Source: the human T2T-CHM13v2.0 reference genome, Homo sapiens
Assembly: GCF_009914755.1 (NCBI RefSeq)
Contig: NC_060926.1
Direction: 5' to 3' (one strand)
DNA: 64,000 nucleotides
The notes under the pieces were generated by a model. The model was given only the letters and a program-made list of their open reading frames with translations. It did not search any database and was not told the DNA's origin. A program made the translations under genes and the position numbers. The first letter of the stretch is position 1, and every line of letters starts with the position of its first letter. Positions 48,720 through 62,100 of the stretch are shown in pieces.

Positions 48720-51700
48720 AAACGGGATTGTCTTCATATAAACTCTAGACAGAAGCATTCTCAGAAGCTTCATTGGGATGTTTCAATTGAAGTCACAGTG
48801 TTGAACAGTCACTTTCATAGAGCAGGTTTGAAACACTCTTTTTGTAGTATCTGGATGTGGACATTTGGAGCGCTTTCAGGCCTATGGTTTAAAAGGAAAT
48901 ATCTTCCCCTGAAAACTAGACAGAAGCATTCTCAGAAACTTATTTGTGATGTGCGCCCTCAACTAACAGTGTTGAAGCATTCTTTTGATAGAGCAGTTTT
49001 GAAATACTCTTTTTGTGGAATCTGCAAGTAGATATTTGTCTAGCTTTGAGGATTTCGTTGGAAACGGGATTACATATAAAAAGCAGACAGCAGCATTCCC
49101 AGAAACTTCTTTGTGATGTTTGCATTCAAGTCACAGAGTTAAACATTCCCTTTCATAGAGCAGGTTTGAAACACTCTTTTTGTAGTATCTGGATGTGGAC
49201 ATTTGGAGCGCTTTCAGGCCTATGGTGAAAAAGGAAATATCTTCCCCTGAAAACTAGACAGAAGCATTCTCAGAATCTTATTTGTGATGTGCGCCCTCAA
49301 CTAACAGTGTTGAAGCTTTCTTTTGATAGAGCAGTTTTGAAACTCTCTTTTTGTAAAATCTGCAAGAGGATATTTGGATAGATTTGAGGATTTCGTTGGA
49401 AACGGGATTGTCTTCATATAAACTCTAGACAGAAGCATTCTCAGAAGCTTCATTGGGATGTTTCAATTGAAGTCACAGTGTTGAACAGTCCCTTTCATAG
49501 AGCAGGTTTGAAACACTCTTTTTGTAGTATCTGGAAGTGGACATTTGGAGCGCTCTCAGGACTGCGGTGAAAAAGGAAATATCTTCCAATAAAAGCTAGA
49601 TAGAAGCAATGTCAGAAACTTTTTCATGATGTATCTACTCAGCTAACAGAGTTGAACCTTCCTTTGAGAGAGCAGTTTTGAAACACTCTTTTTGTGGAAT
49701 CTGCAAGGGGATATTTGCCTAGCTTTGAGGATTTCGTTGGAAACGGGATTACATATAAAAAGCAGACAGCAGCAATCCCAGTAACTTCTTTGTGATGTTT
49801 GCATTCAAGTCACAGAGTTGAACATTCCCTTTCATAGAGCAGTTTTGAAACACTCTTTTTGTAGTATCTGGATGTGGACATTTGGAGCGCTTTCAGGCCT
49901 ATGGTGAAAAAGGAAATATCTTCCCCTGAAAACTAGACAGAAGCATTCTCAGAAACTTATTTGTGATGTGCGCCCTCAACTAACAGTGTTGAACCTTTCT
50001 TTTGATAGAGCAGTTTTGAAACACTCTTTTTGTAATATCTGCAAGAGGATATTTGGATAGCTTTGAGGATTTCGTTGGAAAAGGGATTGTCTTCATATAA
50101 ACTCTAGACAGAAGCATTCTCAGAAGCTTCATTGGGATGTTTCAATTGAAGTCACAGTGTTGAACAGTCCCTTTCATAGAGCAGGTTTGAAACACTCTTT
50201 TTGTAGTATCTGGAAGTGGACATTTGGAGAGATCTCAGGAATACGGTGATAAAGGAAATATCTTCCAATAAAAGCTAGATAGAAGCAATGTCAGAAACTT
50301 TTTCATGATGTATCTACTCAGCTAACAGAGTTGAACCTTTCTTTTGAGAGAGCAGTTTTGAAACACTCTTTTTGGTGAATCTGCAAGTGGATATTTGTCT
50401 AGCTTTGAGGATTTCGTTGGAAACGGGATTACATATAAAAACTGACAGCAGCATTCCCAGAAACTTCTTTGTGAAGTTTGCATTCAAGTCACAGAGTTGA
50501 ACATTCCCTTTCATAGAGCAGGTTTGAAACACTCTTTTTGTAGTATCTGTATGTGGACATTTGGAGCGCTTTCAGGCCTATGGTGAAGAAGGAAATATCT
50601 TCCCCTGAAAACTAGACAGAAGCATTCTCAGAATCTTATTTGTGATGTGCGCCCTCAACTAACAGTGTTGAACCTTTCTTTTGATAGAGCAGTTTTGAAA
50701 CACTCTTTTTGTAAAATCTGCAAGAGGATATTTGGATAGCTTTGAGGATTTCGTTGGAAACGGGATTGTCTTCATATAAACTCTAGACAGAAGCATTCTC
50801 AGAAGCTTCATTGGGATGTTTCAATTGAAGTCACAGTGTTGAACAGTCCCTTTCATAGAGCAGGTTTGAAACACTCTTTTTGTAGTATCTGGATGTGGAC
50901 ATTTGGAGCGCTTTCAGGCCTATGGTTTAAAAGGAAATATCTTCCCCTGAAAACTAGACAGAAGCATTCTCAGAAACTTATTTGTGATGTGCGCCCTCAA
51001 CTAACAGTGTTGAAGCATTCTTTTGATAGAGCAGTTTTGAAATACTCTTTTTGTGGAATCTGCAAGTAGATATTTGTCTAGCTTTGAGGATTTCGTTGGA
51101 AACGGGATTACATATAAAAAGCAGACAGCAGCATTCCCAGAAACTTCTTTGCGATGTTTGCATTCAAGTCACAGAGTTAAACATTCCCTTTCATAGAGCA
51201 GGTTTGAAACACTCTTTTTGTAGTATCTGGATGTGGACATTTGGAGCGCTTTCAGGCCTATGGTGAAAAAGGAAATATCTTCCCCTGAAAACTAGACAGA
51301 AGCATTCTCAGAAACTTATTTGTGATGTGCGCCCTAAACTAACAGTGTTGAACCTTTCTTTTGATAGAGCAGTTTTGAAACACTCTTTTTGTAAAATCTG
51401 CAAGAGGATATTTGGATAGCTTTGAGGATTTCGTTGGAAACGGGATTGTCTTCATATAAACTCTAGACAGAAGCATTCTCAGAAGCTTCATTGGGATGTT
51501 TCAATTGAAGTCACAGTGTTGAACAGTCACTTTCATAGAGCAGGTTTGAAACACTCTTTTTGTAGTATCTGGATGTGGACATTTGGAGCGCTTTCAGGCC
51601 TATGGTTTAAAAGGAAATATCTTCCCCTGAAAACTAGACAGAAGCATTCTCAGAAACTTATTTGTGATGTGCGCCCTCAACTAACAGTGTTGAAGCATTC

Positions 51701-54700
51701 TTTTGATAGAGCAGTTTTGAAATACTCTTTTTGTGGAATCTGCAAGTAGATATTTGTCTAGCTTTGAGGATTTCGTTGGAAACGGGATTACATATAAAAA
51801 GCAGACAGCAGCATTCCCAGAAACTTCTTTGTGATGTTTGCATTCAAGTCACAGAGTTAAACATTCCCTTTCATAGAGCAGGTTTGAAACACTCTTTTTG
51901 TAGTATCTGGATGTGGACATTTGGAGCGCTTTCAGGCCTATGGTGAAAAAGGAAATATCTTCCCCTGAAAACTAGACAGAAGCATTCTCAGAATCTTATT
52001 TGTGATGTGCGCCCTCAACTAACAGTGTTGAAGCTTTCTTTTGATAGAGCAGTTTTGAAACTCTCTTTTTGTAAAATCTGCAAGAGGATATTTGGATAGA
52101 TTTGAGGATTTCGTTGGAAACGGGATTGTCTTCATATAAACTCTAGACAGAAGCATTCTCAGAAGCTTCATTGGGATGTTTCAATTGAAGTCACAGTGTT
52201 GAACAGTCCCTTTCATAGAGCAGGTTTGAAACACTCTTTTTGTAGTATCTGGAAGTGGACATTTGGAGCGCTCTCAGGACTGCGGTGAAAAAGGAAATAT
52301 CTTCCAATAAAAGCTAGATAGAAGCAATGTCAGAAACTTTTTCATGATGTATCTACTCAGCTAACAGAGTTGAACCTTCCTTTGAGAGAGCAGTTTTGAA
52401 ACACTCTTTTTGTGGAATCTGCAAGGGGATATTTGCCTAGCTTTGAGGATTTCGTTGGAAACGGGATTACATATAAAAAGCAGACAGCAGCAATCCCAGT
52501 AACTTCTTTGTGATGTTTGCATTCAAGTCACAGAGTTGAACATTCCCTTTCATAGAGCAGTTTTGAAACACTCTTTTTGTAGTATCTGGATGTGGACATT
52601 TGGAGCGCTTTCAGGCCTATGGTGAAAAAGGAAATATCTTCCCCTGAAAACTAGACAGAAGCATTCTCAGAAACTTATTTGTGATGTGCGCCCTCAACTA
52701 ACAGTGTTGAACCTTTCTTTTGATAGAGCAGTTTTGAAACACTCTTTTTGTAATATCTGCAAGAGGATATTTGGATAGCTTTGAGGATTTCGTTGGAAAA
52801 GGGATTGTCTTCATATAAACTCTAGACAGAAGCATTCTCAGAAGCTTCATTGGGATGTTTCAATTGAAGTCACAGTGTTGAACAGTCCCTTTCATAGAGC
52901 AGGTTTGAAACACTCTTTTTGTAGTATCTGGAAGTGGACATTTGGAGAGATCTCAGGAATACGGTGATAAAGGAAATATCTTCCAATAAAAGCTAGATAG
53001 AAGCAATGTCAGAAACTTTTTCATGATGTATCTACTCAGCTAACAGAGTTGAACCTTTCTTTTGAGAGAGCAGTTTTGAAACACTCTTTTTGGTGAATCT
53101 GCAAGTGGATATTTGTCTAGCTTTGAGGATTTCGTTGGAAACGGGATTACATATAAAAACTGACAGCAGCATTCCCAGAAACTTCTTTGTGAAGTTTGCA
53201 TTCAAGTCACAGAGTTGAACATTCCCTTTCATAGAGCAGGTTTGAAACACTCTTTTTGTAGTATCTGTATGTGGACATTTGGAGCGCTTTCAGGCCTATG
53301 GTGAAGAAGGAAATATCTTCCCCTGAAAACTAGACAGAAGCATTCTCAGAATCTTATTTGTGATGTGCGCCCTCAACTAACAGTGTTGAACCTTTCTTTT
53401 GATAGAGCAGTTTTGAAACACTCTTTTTGTAAAATCTGCAAGAGGATATTTGGATAGCTTTGAGGATTTCGTTGGAAACGGGATTGTCTTCATATAAACT
53501 CTAGACAGAAGCATTCTCAGAAGCTTCATTGGGATGTTTCAATTGAAGTCACAGTGTTGAACAGTCCCTTTCATAGAGCAGGTTTGAAACACTCTTTTTG
53601 TAGTATCTGGATGTGGACATTTGGAGCGCTTTCAGGCCTATGGTTTAAAAGGAAATATCTTCCCCTGAAAACTAGACAGAAGCATTCTCAGAAACTTATT
53701 TGTGATGTGCGCCCTCAACTAACAGTGTTGAAGCATTCTTTTGATAGAGCAGTTTTGAAATACTCTTTTTGTGGAATCTGCAAGTAGATATTTGTCTAGC
53801 TTTGAGGATTTCGTTGGAAACGGGATTACATATAAAAAGCAGACAGCAGCATTCCCAGAAACTTCTTTGCGATGTTTGCATTCAAGTCACAGAGTTAAAC
53901 ATTCCCTTTCATAGAGCAGGTTTGAAACACTCTTTTTGTAGTATCTGGATGTGGACATTTGGAGCGCTTTCAGGCCTATGGTGAAAAAGGAAATATCTTC
54001 CCCTGAAAACTAGACAGAAGCATTCTCAGAAACTTATTTGTGATGTGCGCCCTAAACTAACAGTGTTGAACCTTTCTTTTGATAGAGCAGTTTTGAAACA
54101 CTCTTTTTGTAAAATCTGCAAGAGGATATTTGGATAGCTTTGAGGATTTCGTTGGAAACGGGATTGTCTTCATATAAACTCTAGACAGAAGCATTCTCAG
54201 AAGCTTCATTGGGATGTTTCAATTGAAGTCACAGTGTTGAACAGTCACTTTCATAGAGCAGGTTTGAAACACTCTTTTTGTAGTATCTGGATGTGGACAT
54301 TTGGAGCGCTTTCAGGCCTATGGTTTAAAAGGAAATATCTTCCCCTGAAAACTAGACAGAAGCATTCTCAGAAACTTATTTGTGATGTGCGCCCTCAACT
54401 AACAGTGTTGAAGCATTCTTTTGATAGAGCAGTTTTGAAATACTCTTTTTGTGGAATCTGCAAGTAGATATTTGTCTAGCTTTGAGGATTTCGTTGGAAA
54501 CGGGATTACATATAAAAAGCAGACAGCAGCATTCCCAGAAACTTCTTTGTGATGTTTGCATTCAAGTCACAGAGTTAAACATTCCCTTTCATAGAGCAGG
54601 TTTGAAACACTCTTTTTGTAGTATCTGGATGTGGACATTTGGAGCGCTTTCAGGCCTATGGTGAAAAAGGAAATATCTTCCCCTGAAAACTAGACAGAAG

Positions 54701-56060
54701 CATTCTCAGAATCTTATTTGTGATGTGCGCCCTCAACTAACAGTGTTGAAGCTTTCTTTTGATAGAGCAGTTTTGAAACTCTCTTTTTGTAAAATCTGCA
54801 AGAGGATATTTGGATAGATTTGAGGATTTCGTTGGAAACGGGATTGTCTTCATATAAACTCTAGACAGAAGCATTCTCAGAAGCTTCATTGGGATGTTTC
54901 AATTGAAGTCACAGTGTTGAACAGTCCCTTTCATAGAGCAGGTTTGAAACACTCTTTTTGTAGTATCTGGAAGTGGACATTTGGAGCGCTCTCAGGACTG
55001 CGGTGAAAAAGGAAATATCTTCCAATAAAAGCTAGATAGAAGCAATGTCAGAAACTTTTTCATGATGTATCTACTCAGCTAACAGAGTTGAACCTTCCTT
55101 TGAGAGAGCAGTTTTGAAACACTCTTTTTGTGGAATCTGCAAGGGGATATTTGCCTAGCTTTGAGGATTTCGTTGGAAACGGGATTACATATAAAAAGCA
55201 GACAGCAGCAATCCCAGTAACTTCTTTGTGATGTTTGCATTCAAGTCACAGAGTTGAACATTCCCTTTCATAGAGCAGTTTTGAAACACTCTTTTTGTAG
55301 TATCTGGATGTGGACATTTGGAGCGCTTTCAGGCCTATGGTGAAAAAGGAAATATCTTCCCCTGAAAACTAGACAGAAGCATTCTCAGAAACTTATTTGT
55401 GATGTGCGCCCTCAACTAACAGTGTTGAACCTTTCTTTTGATAGAGCAGTTTTGAAACACTCTTTTTGTAATATCTGCAAGAGGATATTTGGATAGCTTT
55501 GAGGATTTCGTTGGAAAAGGGATTGTCTTCATATAAACTCTAGACAGAAGCATTCTCAGAAGCTTCATTGGGATGTTTCAATTGAAGTCACAGTGTTGAA
55601 CAGTCCCTTTCATAGAGCAGGTTTGAAACACTCTTTTTGTAGTATCTGGAAGTGGACATTTGGAGAGATCTCAGGAATACGGTGATAAAGGAAATATCTT
55701 CCAATAAAAGCTAGATAGAAGCAATGTCAGAAACTTTTTCATGATGTATCTACTCAGCTAACAGAGTTGAACCTTTCTTTTGAGAGAGCAGTTTTGAAAC
55801 ACTCTTTTTGTGGAATCTGCAAGTGGATATTTGTCTAGCTTTGAGGATTTCGTTGGAAACGGGATTACATATAAAAACTGACAGCAGCATTCCCAGAAAC
55901 TTCTTTGTGAAGTTTGCATTCAAGTCACAGAGTTGAACATTCCCTTTCATAGAGCAGGTTTGAAACACTCTTTTTGTAGTATCTGTATGTGGACATTTGG
56001 AGCGCTTTCAGGCCTATGGTGAAGAAGGAAATATCTTCCCCTGAAAACTAGACAGAAGCA
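48720..56060 (+). repeat. Multi-HOR tandem repeat with 2718-bp (16-monomer) period, ~2.7 copies
   Basis: 48798/51516/54234, 50314/53032/55750 and 50836/53554. Confidence 0.88.
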
Positions 56061-57339
56061 TTCTCAGAAACTTATTTGTGATGTGCGCCCTCAACTAACA
56101 GTGTTGAAGCTTTCTTTTGATAGAGTAGTTTTTAAACACTCTTTTTGTAATATCTGCAAGAGGATATTTGGATAGCTTTGAGGATTTCGTTGGAAACGGG
56201 ATTGTCTTCACATAAACTCTAGACAGAAGCATTCTCAGAAGCTTCATTGGGATGTTTCAATTGAAGTCACAGTGTTGAACAGTTCCTTTCATAGAACAGG
56301 TTTGAAACACTCTTTTTGTAGTATCTGGAAGTGGACATTTGGAGCGCTGTCAGGACTACGGTGAAAAAGGAAATATCTTCCAATAAAAGCTAGATAGAAG
56401 CAATGTCAGAAAATTTTTCATGATGTATCTACTCAGCTAACAGAGTTGAACCTTCCTTTGAGAGAGCAGTTTTGAAACACTCTTTTTGTGGAATCTGCAA
56501 GTGGATATTTGTCTAGCTTTGAGGATTTCGCTGGAAACGGGATTACATATAAAAACAGACAGCAGCATTCCCAGTAACTTCTTTGTGATGTTTGCATTCA
56601 AGTCACAGAGTTGAACATTCCCTTTCATAGAGCAGGTTTGAAACACTCTTTTTGTAGTATCTGGATGTGGACACTTGGAGCGCTTTCAGGCCTATGGTGA
56701 AAAAGGAAATATCTTCCCCTGAAAACTAGACAGAAGCATTCTCAGAAACTTATTTGTGATGTGCGCCCTCAACTAACAGTGTTGAACCTTTCTTTTGATA
56801 GAGCAGTTTTGAAACACTCTTTTTGTAATATCTGCAAGAGGATATTTGGATAGATTTGAGGATTTCGTTGGAAACGGGATTGTCTTCATATAAACTCTAG
56901 ACAGAAGCATTCTCAGAAGCTTCATTGGGATGTTTCAATTGAAGTCACAGTGTTGAACAGTCCCTTTCATAGAGCAGGTTTGAAACACTCTTTTTGTAGT
57001 ATCTGGAAGTGGACATTTGGAGAGATCTCAGGAATACGGTGATAAAGGAAATATCTTCAAATAAAAGCTAGATAGAAGCAACGTCAGAAACTTTTTCATG
57101 ATGTATCTACTCAGCTAACAGAGTTGAACTTTTCTTTTGAGAGAGCAGTTTTGAAACACTCTTTTTGTGGAATCTGCAAGTGGATATTTGTCTAGCTTTG
57201 AGGATTTCGTTGGAAACGGGATTACATATAAAAAGCAGACAGCAGCATTCCCAGAAACTTCTTTGTGAAGTTTGCATTCAAGTCACAGAGTTGAACATTC
57301 CCTTTCATAGAGCAGGTTTGAAACACTCTTTTTGTAGTA

Positions 57340-60300
57340 TCTGGATGTGGACATTTGGAGCGCTTTCAAGCCTATGGTGAAAAAGGAAATATCTTCCCCT
57401 GAAAACTAGACAGAAGCATTCTCAGGAACTTATTTGTGATGTGCGCCCTCAACTAACAGTGTTGAAGCTTTCTTTTGATAGAGCAGTTTTGAAACACTCT
57501 TTTTGTGGAATCTGCAAGTGGATATTTGGATAGCTTTGAGGATTTCGTTGGAAACGGGATTGTCTTCATATAAACTCTAGACAGAAGCATTCTCAGAAGC
57601 TTCATTGGGATGTTTCAATTGAAGTCACAGTGTTGAACAGTCCCTTTCGTAGAGCAGGTTTGAAACACTCTTTTTGTAATATCTGGAAGTGGAGATTTGG
57701 AGCGCTCTCAGGACTACGGTGAAAAAGGAAATATCTTCCAATAAAAGCTAGATAGAAGCAATGTCAGAAACTTTTTCATGATGTATCTACTCAGCTAACA
57801 GAGTTGAACCTTTTTTTTGAGAGAGCAGTTTTGAAACACTCTTTTTGTTGGATCTGCAGGTGGATATTTGTATAGCTTTGAGGATTTCGTTTGAAACGGG
57901 ATTACATATAAAAAGCAGACAGCAGCATTCCCAGAAACGTCTTTGTGATGTTTGCATTCAAGTCACAGAGTTGAACATTCCCTTTCATAGAGCAGGTTTG
58001 AAACACTCTTTTTGTAGTATCTGGATGTGGACATTTGGAGCGCTCTCAGGCCTATGGTGAAAAAGGAAATATCTTCCCCTGAAAACTAGACAGAAGCATT
58101 CTCAGAAACTTATTTGTGATGTGCGCCCTCAACTAACAGTGTTGAACCTTTCTTTTGATAGAGTAGTTTTGAAACACTCTTTTTCTAAAATCTGCAAGAG
58201 GATATTTGGATAGCTTTGAGTATTTCGTTGGAAACGGGATTGTCTTCATATAAACTCTAGACAGTAGCATTCTGAGAAGCTTCATTGGGATGTTTCAATT
58301 GAAGTCACAGTGTTGAACAGTCCCTTTCATAGAGCAGGTTTGAAACACTCTTTTTGTAGCATCTTTAAGTGGACATTTGGAGCGCTCTCAGGACTATGGT
58401 GAAAAAGGAAGTATCTTCCAATAAAAGCTAGATAGAAGCAATGTGAGAAACTTTTTCATGATGTATCTACTCAGCTAAAAGGGTTGAACCTTTCTTTTGA
58501 GAGAGCAGTTTTGAAACACTCTTTTTGTGGAATCTGCAAGTGGATATTTGTCTAGCTTTGAGGATTTCTTTGGAAACGGGATTACAAATAAAAAGCAGAC
58601 AGCAGCATTCCCAGAAACTTCTTTGTGATGTTTGCATTCAAGTCACAGAGTTGAACATTCTCTTTCATAGAGCATGTTTGAAACAATCTTTTTGTAGTAT
58701 CTGGAAGTGGACATTTGGAGCGTTCTCAGGACTACGGTGAAAAAGGAAATATCTTCCAAATAAAGCTAGATAGAAGCAATGTCAGAAAATTTTTCATGAT
58801 GTATCTACTCAGCTAACAGAGTTGAACCTTTCTTTTGACAGAGCAGTTTTGAAACACTCTTTTTGTGGAATCTGCAAGTGGATATTTGTCTAGCTTTGAG
58901 GATTTCGTTGGAAACGGGATTACATATAAAAAGCAGACAGCAGCATTCCCAGAAACATCTTTGTGATATTTGCATTCAAGTCACAGACTGGAACATTCCC
59001 TTTCATAGAGCAGGTTTGAAACACTCTTTTTGTAGTATCTGGATGTGGACATTTGGAGCGCTTTCAGGCCTATGGTGAAAAAGGAAATATCTTCCCCTGA
59101 AAACTAGACAGAAGCATTCTCAGAAACTTATTTGTGATGTGCGCCCTCAACTAACAGTGTTGAAGCTTTCTTTTGATAGAGCAGTTTTGAAACACTCTTT
59201 TTGTAAAATCTGCAAGAGGATATTTGGATAGCTTTGAGGATTTCGTTGGAAACGGGATTGTCTTCATATACAATCTAGACAGAAGCATTCTCAGAAGCTT
59301 CATTGGGATGTTTCAATTGAAGTCACAGTGTTGAACAGTCCCTTTCGTAGAGCAGGTTTGAAACACTCTTTTTGTAATATGTTCAAGTGGAGATTTGGAG
59401 CGCTCTCAGGACTACGGTGAAAAAGGAAATATCTTCCAATAAAAGCTAGATAGAAGCAATGGCAGAAACTTTTTCATGATGTATCTACTCAGCTAACAGA
59501 GTTGAACCTTTTTTTTGAGAGAGCAGTTTTGAAACACTCTTTTCGTTGGATCTGCAGGTGGATATTTGTCTAGCTTTGAGGATTTCGTTGGAAACGGGAT
59601 TACATATAAAAAGCATACAGCAGCATTCCCAGAAACTTCTTTGTGATGTTTGCATTCAAGTCACAGAGTTGAACATTCCCTTTCATAGAGCAGGTTTGAA
59701 ACACTCTTTTTGTAGTATCTGGATGTGGACATTTCGAGCGCTTTCAAGCCTATGGTGAAAAAGGAAATATCTTCCCCTGAAAACTAGACAGAAGCATTCT
59801 CAGGAACTTATTTGTGATGTGCGCCCTCAACTAACAGTGTTGAAGCTTTCTTTTGATAGAGCAGTTTTGAAACACTCTTTTTGTGGAATCTGCAAGTGGA
59901 TATTTGGATAGCTTTGAGGATTTCGTTGGAAACGGGATTGTCTTCATATAAACTCTAGACAGAAGCATTCTCAGAAGCTTCATTGGGATGTTTCAATTGA
60001 AGTCACAGTGTTGAACAGTCCCTTTCGTAGAGCAGGTTTGAAACACTCTTTTTGTAATATCTGGAAGTGGAGATTTGGAGCGCTCTCAGGACTACGGTGA
60101 AAAAGGAAATATCTTCCAATTAAAGCTAGATAGAAGCAATGTCAGAAACTTTTTCATGATGTATCTACTCAGCTAACAGAGTTGAACCTTTTTTTTGAGA
60201 GAGCAGTTTTGAAACACTCTTTTTGTTGGATCTGCAGGTGGATATTTGTATAGCTTTGAGGATTTCGTTTGAAACGGGATTACATATAAAAAGCAGACAG

Positions 60301-62100
60301 CAGCATTCCCAGAAACTTCTTTGTGATGTTTGCATTCAAGTCACAGAGTTGAACATTCCCTTTCATAGAGCAGGTTTGAAACACTCTTTTTGTAGTATCT
60401 GGATGTGGACATTTGGAGCGCTCTCAGGCCTATGGTGAAAAAGGAAATATCTTCCCCTGAAAACTAGACAGAAGCATTCTCAGAAACTTATTTGTGATGT
60501 GCGCCCTCAACTAACAGTGTTGAACCTTTCTTTTGATAGAGTAGTTTTGAAACACTCTTTTTCTAAAATCTGCAAGAGGATATTTGGATAGCTTTGAGTA
60601 TTTCGTTGGAAACGGGATTGTCTTCATATAAACTCTAGACAGTAGCATTCTGAGAAGCTTCATTGGGATGTTTCAATTGAAGTCACAGTGTTGAACAGTC
60701 CCTTTCATAGAGCAGGTTTGAAACACTCTTTTTGTAGCATCTTTAAGTGGACATTTGGAGCGCTCTCAGGACTATGGTGAAAAAGGAAGTATCTTCCAAT
60801 AAAAGCTAGATAGAAGCAATGTGAGAAACTTTTTCATGATGTATCTACTCAGCTAAAAGGGTTGAACCTTTCTTTTGAGAGAGCAGTTTTGAAACACTCT
60901 TTTTGTGGAATCTGCAAGTGGATATTTGTCTAGTTTTGAGGATTTCTTTGGAAACGGGATTACAAATAAAAAGCAGACAGCAGCATTCCCAGAAACTTCT
61001 TTGTGATGTTTGCATTCAAGTCACAGAGTTGAACATTCTCTTTCATAGAGCATGTTTGAAACAATCTTTTTGTAGTATCTGGAAGTGGACATTTGGAGCG
61101 TTCTCAGGACTACGGTGAAAAAGGAAATATCTTCCAAATAAAGCTAGGTAGAAGCAATGTCAGAAAATTTTTCATGATGTATCTACTCAGCTAACAGAGT
61201 TGAACCTTTCTTTTGACAGAGCAGTTTTGAAACACTCTTTTTGTGGAATCTGCAAGTGGATATTTGTCTAGCTTTGAGGATTTCGTTGGAAACGGGATTA
61301 CATATAAAAAGCAGACAGCAGCATTCCCAGAAACATCTTTGTGATATTTGCATTCAAGTCACAGACTGGAACATTCCCTTTCATAGAGCAGGTTTGAAAC
61401 ACTCTTTTTGTAGTATCTGGATGTGGACATTTGGAGCGCTTTCAGGCCTATGGTGAAAAAGGAAATATCTTCACCTGAAAACTAGACAGAAGCATTCTCA
61501 GAAACTTATTTGTGATGTGCGCCCTCAACTAACAGTGTTGAAGCTTTCTTTTGATAGAGCAGTTTTGAAACACTCTTTTTGTAAAATCTGCAAGAGGATA
61601 TTTGGATAGCTTTGAGGATTTCGTTGGAAACGGGATTGTCTTCATATACAATCTAGACAGAAGCATTCTCAGAAGCTTCATTGGGATGTTTCAATTGAAG
61701 TCACAGTGTTGAACAGTCCCTTTCGTAGAGCAGGTTTGAAACACTCTTTTTGTAATATGTTCAAGTGGAGATTTGGAGCGCTCTCAGGACTACGGTGAAA
61801 AAGGAAATATCTTCCAATAAAAGCTAGATAGAAGCAATGGCAGAAACTTTTTCATGATGTATCTACTCAGCTAACAGAGTTGAACCTTTTTTTTGAGAGA
61901 GCAGTTTTGAAACACTCTTTTTGTTGGATCTGCAGGTGGATATTTGTCTAGCTTTGAGGATTTCGTTGGAAACGGGATTACATATAAAAAGCAGACAGCA
62001 GCATTCCCAGAAACTTCTTTGTGATGTTTGCATTCAAGTCACAGAGTTGAACATTCCCTTTCATAGAGCAGGTTTGAAACACTCTTTTTGTAGTATCTGG
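57340..62100 (+). repeat. Multi-HOR tandem duplication with 2378-bp (14-monomer) period
   Basis: 57845/60223, 58525/60903 and 58863/61241. Shared variants include TCTCAGGAACTT and GTATAGCTTTGAGGATTTCGTTTG. Confidence 0.87.
58606..58943 (+). repeat. 338-bp 2-mer variant (A/C hybrid + D); second copy 60984-61321
   Basis: The A start continues as C-type GGAAGTGG...CAGGACTACGG. Spacings 58525->58863 and 60903->61241 are both 338. Confidence 0.9.

Noticed and set aside
1182-56646. Minus-strand 61-80 aa Cys/Lys-rich ORFs (MQTSQRSFWECCC..., MFQTCSMKG...)
   Set aside because: Chance reading frames in satellite sequence, opened by hybrid junctions or 1-bp indels. They are useful only as variant markers.
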